From NCBI RefSeq assembly GCF_014280175.1, contig NZ_CP047931.1:1920001-1952000 (forward strand): a stretch of DNA of 32,000 nucleotides, written 5' to 3'. The DNA is from Synechococcus sp. A15-28. GTDB taxonomy: Bacteria > Cyanobacteriota > Cyanobacteriia > PCC-6307 > Cyanobiaceae. The position numbers and the translations under genes were made by a program. How positions within the stretch are numbered: the first letter of the stretch is position 1; each line of letters opens with the position of its first letter. This document shows, piece after piece, positions 29,055 through 32,000 of the stretch. A model generated the notes under the pieces. The model was not told the DNA's origin. It worked only from the letters and a program-made list of their open reading frames with translations, and did not search any database.

Positions 29055-29935
29055 TCAGATCCCTGCTGTCGCTTCGGGATCAGGGTATCCAGCTCAAGCC
29101 GGCATGGCTTTCCGCTGTGCTTCTGATTCCAACGTTGTATGCCCTCGGCTGGCTTCTGGCCTGGCCACTGATCCCCTTCGGAGTGCCCCCCGAACGACAG
29201 GCTTTGATCGGCACCCTGATCAGCTTCCTTTTACTGGTGGGTCTTCTGCCCCGATGGAGCCGGCTGAGGTGGAGATCCCCTGATGGATGGGCGGCCCTCG
29301 GGCTGACCGCCAGTGGTTGCCAGGGGCGGAGGCCGATCATCCCAGCACTGTGCGGCGGAATGGTTCTGGCATCAATCCTGCTGGGGATTGTGCTGCTGCC
29401 GGTGCTGCTGGGCAGCTGGGGGCATTGGATCGGGGAAGTCTCCATCAACCGCATGCTCAATGCCCTCCTGCTGGCCCTCGGAGTGGGATTTGCCGAGGAG
29501 CTGATCTTTCGGGCCTGGCTGTGGCGGGAACTCAATGAACTGCTGAGTTCTGCAGCAGCCCTGCTGATTCAGGCGCTGGTCTTCAGCCTGGTGCACACCC
29601 GCTTCAACCTCGGCGTCGTCTCCATGCTGGGATTGCTGAGCGGATTGTTTCTGCTGGGGCTAGCCCTGGCCCTGCAACGCCGGCTGGATGGTGGATCCCT
29701 CTGGGGATGCATTGGCCTCCATGGAGGCTTGGTTGGCGGCTGGTTTCTGATCCAGAGCGGCCTGGTGCAACTGTCACCCGATGCACCAGCCTGGTTGGTG
29801 GGCCCGGGTGGACTGTCCCCGAATCCCATCGGCGGATTGATGGGGATCGGAGGGTTATTGATCCTGCTGACCTTTCAACTCACCGCCGTCGCCAGGGCAG
29901 CGCGTCCTGAGACGGGAGCACGCAAGGCATCCTGA
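29000..29935 (+). CDS. CPBP-family intramembrane glutamic endopeptidase (CAAX protease/Abi type)
   Basis: Multi-pass membrane protein with GFAEELIFRAWLW and FSLVHTRF motifs. Coordinates are the ORF limits and the real start is unresolved: TTG 29000 overlaps clpS by 55 nt; CTG 29051 overlaps the clpS stop; GTG 29117 is also possible. Confidence 0.8.
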   Translation: MRDPESQGPHQHDRAGKLIRSLLSLRDQGIQLKPAWLSAVLLIPTLYALGWLLAWPLIPFGVPPERQALIGTLISFLLLVGLLPRWSRLRWRSPDGWAALGLTASGCQGRRPIIPALCGGMVLASILLGIVLLPVLLGSWGHWIGEVSINRMLNALLLALGVGFAEELIFRAWLWRELNELLSSAAALLIQALVFSLVHTRFNLGVVSMLGLLSGLFLLGLALALQRRLDGGSLWGCIGLHGGLVGGWFLIQSGLVQLSPDAPAWLVGPGGLSPNPIGGLMGIGGLLILLTFQLTAVARAARPETGARKAS

Positions 29936-31497
29936 AGCGGCGCTGAGCCGTAATCACGTTCCAGCAAAGACAGAACCGTGCGGCCGAAATCGCCGGGATT
30001 CTGATCAAAGGCCTCCAGGCAGACGCGACCGAAGGTGCTGCCCATCGGCTCCGGATTCCAGAGCAGCTTGCGTGCCGTCCACGGCATCATGCTCATCGGG
30101 TTGTATCCAGGTTTGATCAGACCCTGATCAAAGCCGTATTGCTCCAGATGGGTGTGCGGCTGCAATCCGATGAAGAAGATCGCCGGTTCGACGCGATCGG
30201 CACCAAAGATCGTTTCCAACTCACGGTGATAGGCAACGGTCTGACGAATGGTTTCGGGCCGTTCATCAATCACGTTGAAGGAGTAATTCACCGACACGTG
30301 ATCACGGAACCCGGCATCAGCCAGCATCCGGCAGCTCTCCAGCACGGTTCTGAGGTTGTACCCCATGCGCATCTTGCGAACGAGTTCCTGGGAACCGGAG
30401 GTGATGCCGATCTCGAAGTAGCTCATGCCCGTCTCCACCATCAGTTGCGCCAGCTCGGGATCGAGGTTGTCGGCGCGGATGTAGGCAGCCCAACGGATGC
30501 CGGTGAGCCCCTCAGCTTTGATGGCTCGCAGTAATTCCTTGGCGTCCTCGATGTAGCGACGGGCAGGGATGAACTGAGCATCGGTGAACCAGAAGCCACG
30601 CACCCCACGGTCGTAGAGCTGACGCATTTCCTTCACCACCTCCTCCACCGGATTCAGGCGAACCTGCTTGCCCTCAACAACGGTGTAGACGCAGTAGCAA
30701 CAGTTGTGGGGACAGCCGCGTTTGGTCTGCACGCCGACGTAGAAGTCGCCCCCCTCGAGGTACCAGTTGAGCTGAGGCCAGATCGAGGCGATGTAGTCGT
30801 AATCGCAGGCGGTCTTGGGCCGACTTTCCGGCTGTTCGTGGATCAATCCAGGGCGGGGTGACTCGCCCACCACAAAGCAACGTTCCTCATCGAGGGACGC
30901 TCCCTGGATCAACTTCTCCAGCAGAGGTTCCCCTTCACCGATGGACACGATGGTTCCCTTCGGCAAGGAGCGCCCAAGCTGCTCGTAAAACACGCTGACC
31001 GCCCCGCCCCCAAGAACGGCACGGGCTGCCGGGTGATAACGACGGGCCTGTCGCAGTCCGGATCGCACCAAACCCTGATTGCGAAACAACTCTCCGTAAT
31101 GGGTGGTCATCAGCCGCAGTCCACCCAGAGCACCGTGCAGGCGCTTGAACGGGTTGCGGGCATAGAACACTTCAAAGGAGTTCTGAAGTGGATTGCCACC
31201 CCGTCCGTCGACGGGCGCGTAGATCTGGATGTCCCGCCAGGAGAACACCAGAAGCGTGGGCCGGAACTGATCGACGGTGGAGAGCAGGACCCGCTGAACG
31301 TCGAGGACTGGCAAGGCCGCCAGGTCAAGAATGCGTTGCGGCATTCCTGGAAAGCATTTGTGCAGATGGTCCGCCAGATAGATCGGACCGATCGGAAAAA
31401 TCGGATTACAGGGGAGCCGCACCAGCAGCACCCGTTCCTGGTTTGAGAACAACGCTGCTGCTGCAGGGATTTTCGGGACGCTAACAAGCGCCACCAC
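29875..31497 (-). CDS. Radical SAM protein with B12-binding-like N-domain (a cyanobacterial family that I recall being annotated as photosystem II high-light acclimation radical SAM protein)
   Basis: Cluster motif RGCPHNCCYCVY (Cx3Cx2C) and an N-terminal Rossmann-like RVLLVRLPCNPIFPIGPIYLADHL...TLLVFSWRD. 540 aa, divergent from psbA. The family name is from memory only. Confidence 0.75.
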   Translation of the reverse strand: MVALVSVPKIPAAAALFSNQERVLLVRLPCNPIFPIGPIYLADHLHKCFPGMPQRILDLAALPVLDVQRVLLSTVDQFRPTLLVFSWRDIQIYAPVDGRGGNPLQNSFEVFYARNPFKRLHGALGGLRLMTTHYGELFRNQGLVRSGLRQARRYHPAARAVLGGGAVSVFYEQLGRSLPKGTIVSIGEGEPLLEKLIQGASLDEERCFVVGESPRPGLIHEQPESRPKTACDYDYIASIWPQLNWYLEGGDFYVGVQTKRGCPHNCCYCVYTVVEGKQVRLNPVEEVVKEMRQLYDRGVRGFWFTDAQFIPARRYIEDAKELLRAIKAEGLTGIRWAAYIRADNLDPELAQLMVETGMSYFEIGITSGSQELVRKMRMGYNLRTVLESCRMLADAGFRDHVSVNYSFNVIDERPETIRQTVAYHRELETIFGADRVEPAIFFIGLQPHTHLEQYGFDQGLIKPGYNPMSMMPWTARKLLWNPEPMGSTFGRVCLEAFDQNPGDFGRTVLSLLERDYGSAPLQDALRAPVSGRAALATAVS

Positions 31498-31576
31498 GAA
31501 CAGCGCTCAACCATCCTTCACATTTGCTTTGTAAACGGGAGAACACACCTCTCAACCTTCCGTTACATTGGTGTGA

Positions 31577-31619
31577 GGCAGGGCGTCCCTGCCCTTCCTT
31601 AAACCGTTCCTTCGGGAAC
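31577..31619 (+). promoter_or_regulatory. Two hairpins in the presumed psbA 5' UTR
   Basis: GGCAGGG-CGT-CCCTGCC (31577-31593) and GTTCC-TTCG-GGAAC (31606-31619), lying 17-59 nt upstream of the psbA ATG. The transcription start is not identified. Confidence 0.3.
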
Positions 31620-31635
31620 ACTTCTTTCCGTTCTC

Positions 31636-32000
31636 ATGACCACCACCCTCCAGCAGCGCTCCGGCGCTTCCAGCTGGCAGGCCTTCTGCGAGTGGGTCAC
31701 CTCCACCAACAACCGTCTGTATGTCGGTTGGTTCGGTGTGCTGATGATCCCCACCCTGCTGGCTGCCACCATCTGCTTCGTCATCGCTTTCGTCGCCGCT
31801 CCTCCGGTTGACATCGATGGCATCCGCGAGCCTGTCGCTGGCTCCCTGATCTACGGCAACAACATCATCTCCGGTGCTGTTGTTCCTTCCAGCAACGCCA
31901 TCGGCCTGCACTTCTATCCCATCTGGGAAGCCGCTTCTCTCGATGAGTGGCTGTACAACGGCGGTCCTTTCCAGCTCGTCGTCTTCCACTTCCTGATCGG
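31636..32000 (+). CDS. psbA: Photosystem II D1 protein, 5' part (runs off the window end, so it is absent from the ORF track)
   Basis: Hand translation from ATG 31636: [122 protein letters not shown]. No stop before nt 32000. Confidence 0.97.
   Translation, partial: MTTTLQQRSGASSWQAFCEWVTSTNNRLYVGWFGVLMIPTLLAATICFVIAFVAAPPVDIDGIREPVAGSLIYGNNIISGAVVPSSNAIGLHFYPIWEAASLDEWLYNGGPFQLVVFHFLI

Noticed and set aside
31498-31576. Attempt to assign the psbA -35/-10 (for example TACATT at 31564-31569)
   Set aside because: No upstream hexamer at 16-18 nt spacing resembles TTGACA. Without a mapped TSS the call would be a guess.

Overview
This window looks like a high-GC (roughly 60% by eye) picocyanobacterial chromosome segment, most like marine Synechococcus. 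It is densely packed and consists almost entirely of core genes.

Gene order, left to right:
- 3' end of an unknown CDS.
- A fused cbiG/cobJ corrin-biosynthesis gene.
- A cobalamin riboswitch, followed by hupE (putative cobalt permease) and a tightly abutting SLH/OprB-type porin.
- A frameshifted small gene.
- A low-GC islet with two overlapping orphan ORFs, lying against the 3' end of tRNA-Pro(CGG).
- lipA, then a YciI-like gene and glsF (Fd-GOGAT) on the minus strand.
- A phosphodiester-glycosidase-family gene and a HesB/IscA-like gene.
- The str operon, rpsL-rpsG-fusA-tuf, then a terminator and rpsJ.
- A Lon-N-domain gene coupled to a quinol methyltransferase.
- pheA (-), DUF1997, and rnhB-rne-radical SAM (TIGR03960/DUF2344-like fusion) on the minus strand.
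- dapL, clpS, a CPBP protease, a second radical SAM gene (-), and the 5' part of psbA, which runs off the window.

I found no CRISPR array, IS element, integrase, rRNA or recognisable defence system.

The most check-worthy items are:
- the riboswitch-hupE-porin unit;
- the orphan two-gene islet at tRNA-Pro;
- the conserved-but-unexplained pairing of radical SAM genes with rne and with psbA.

The many long antisense ORFs in the track are GC-driven shadow ORFs. All family assignments rest on motifs I recognise by eye. No searches were run.
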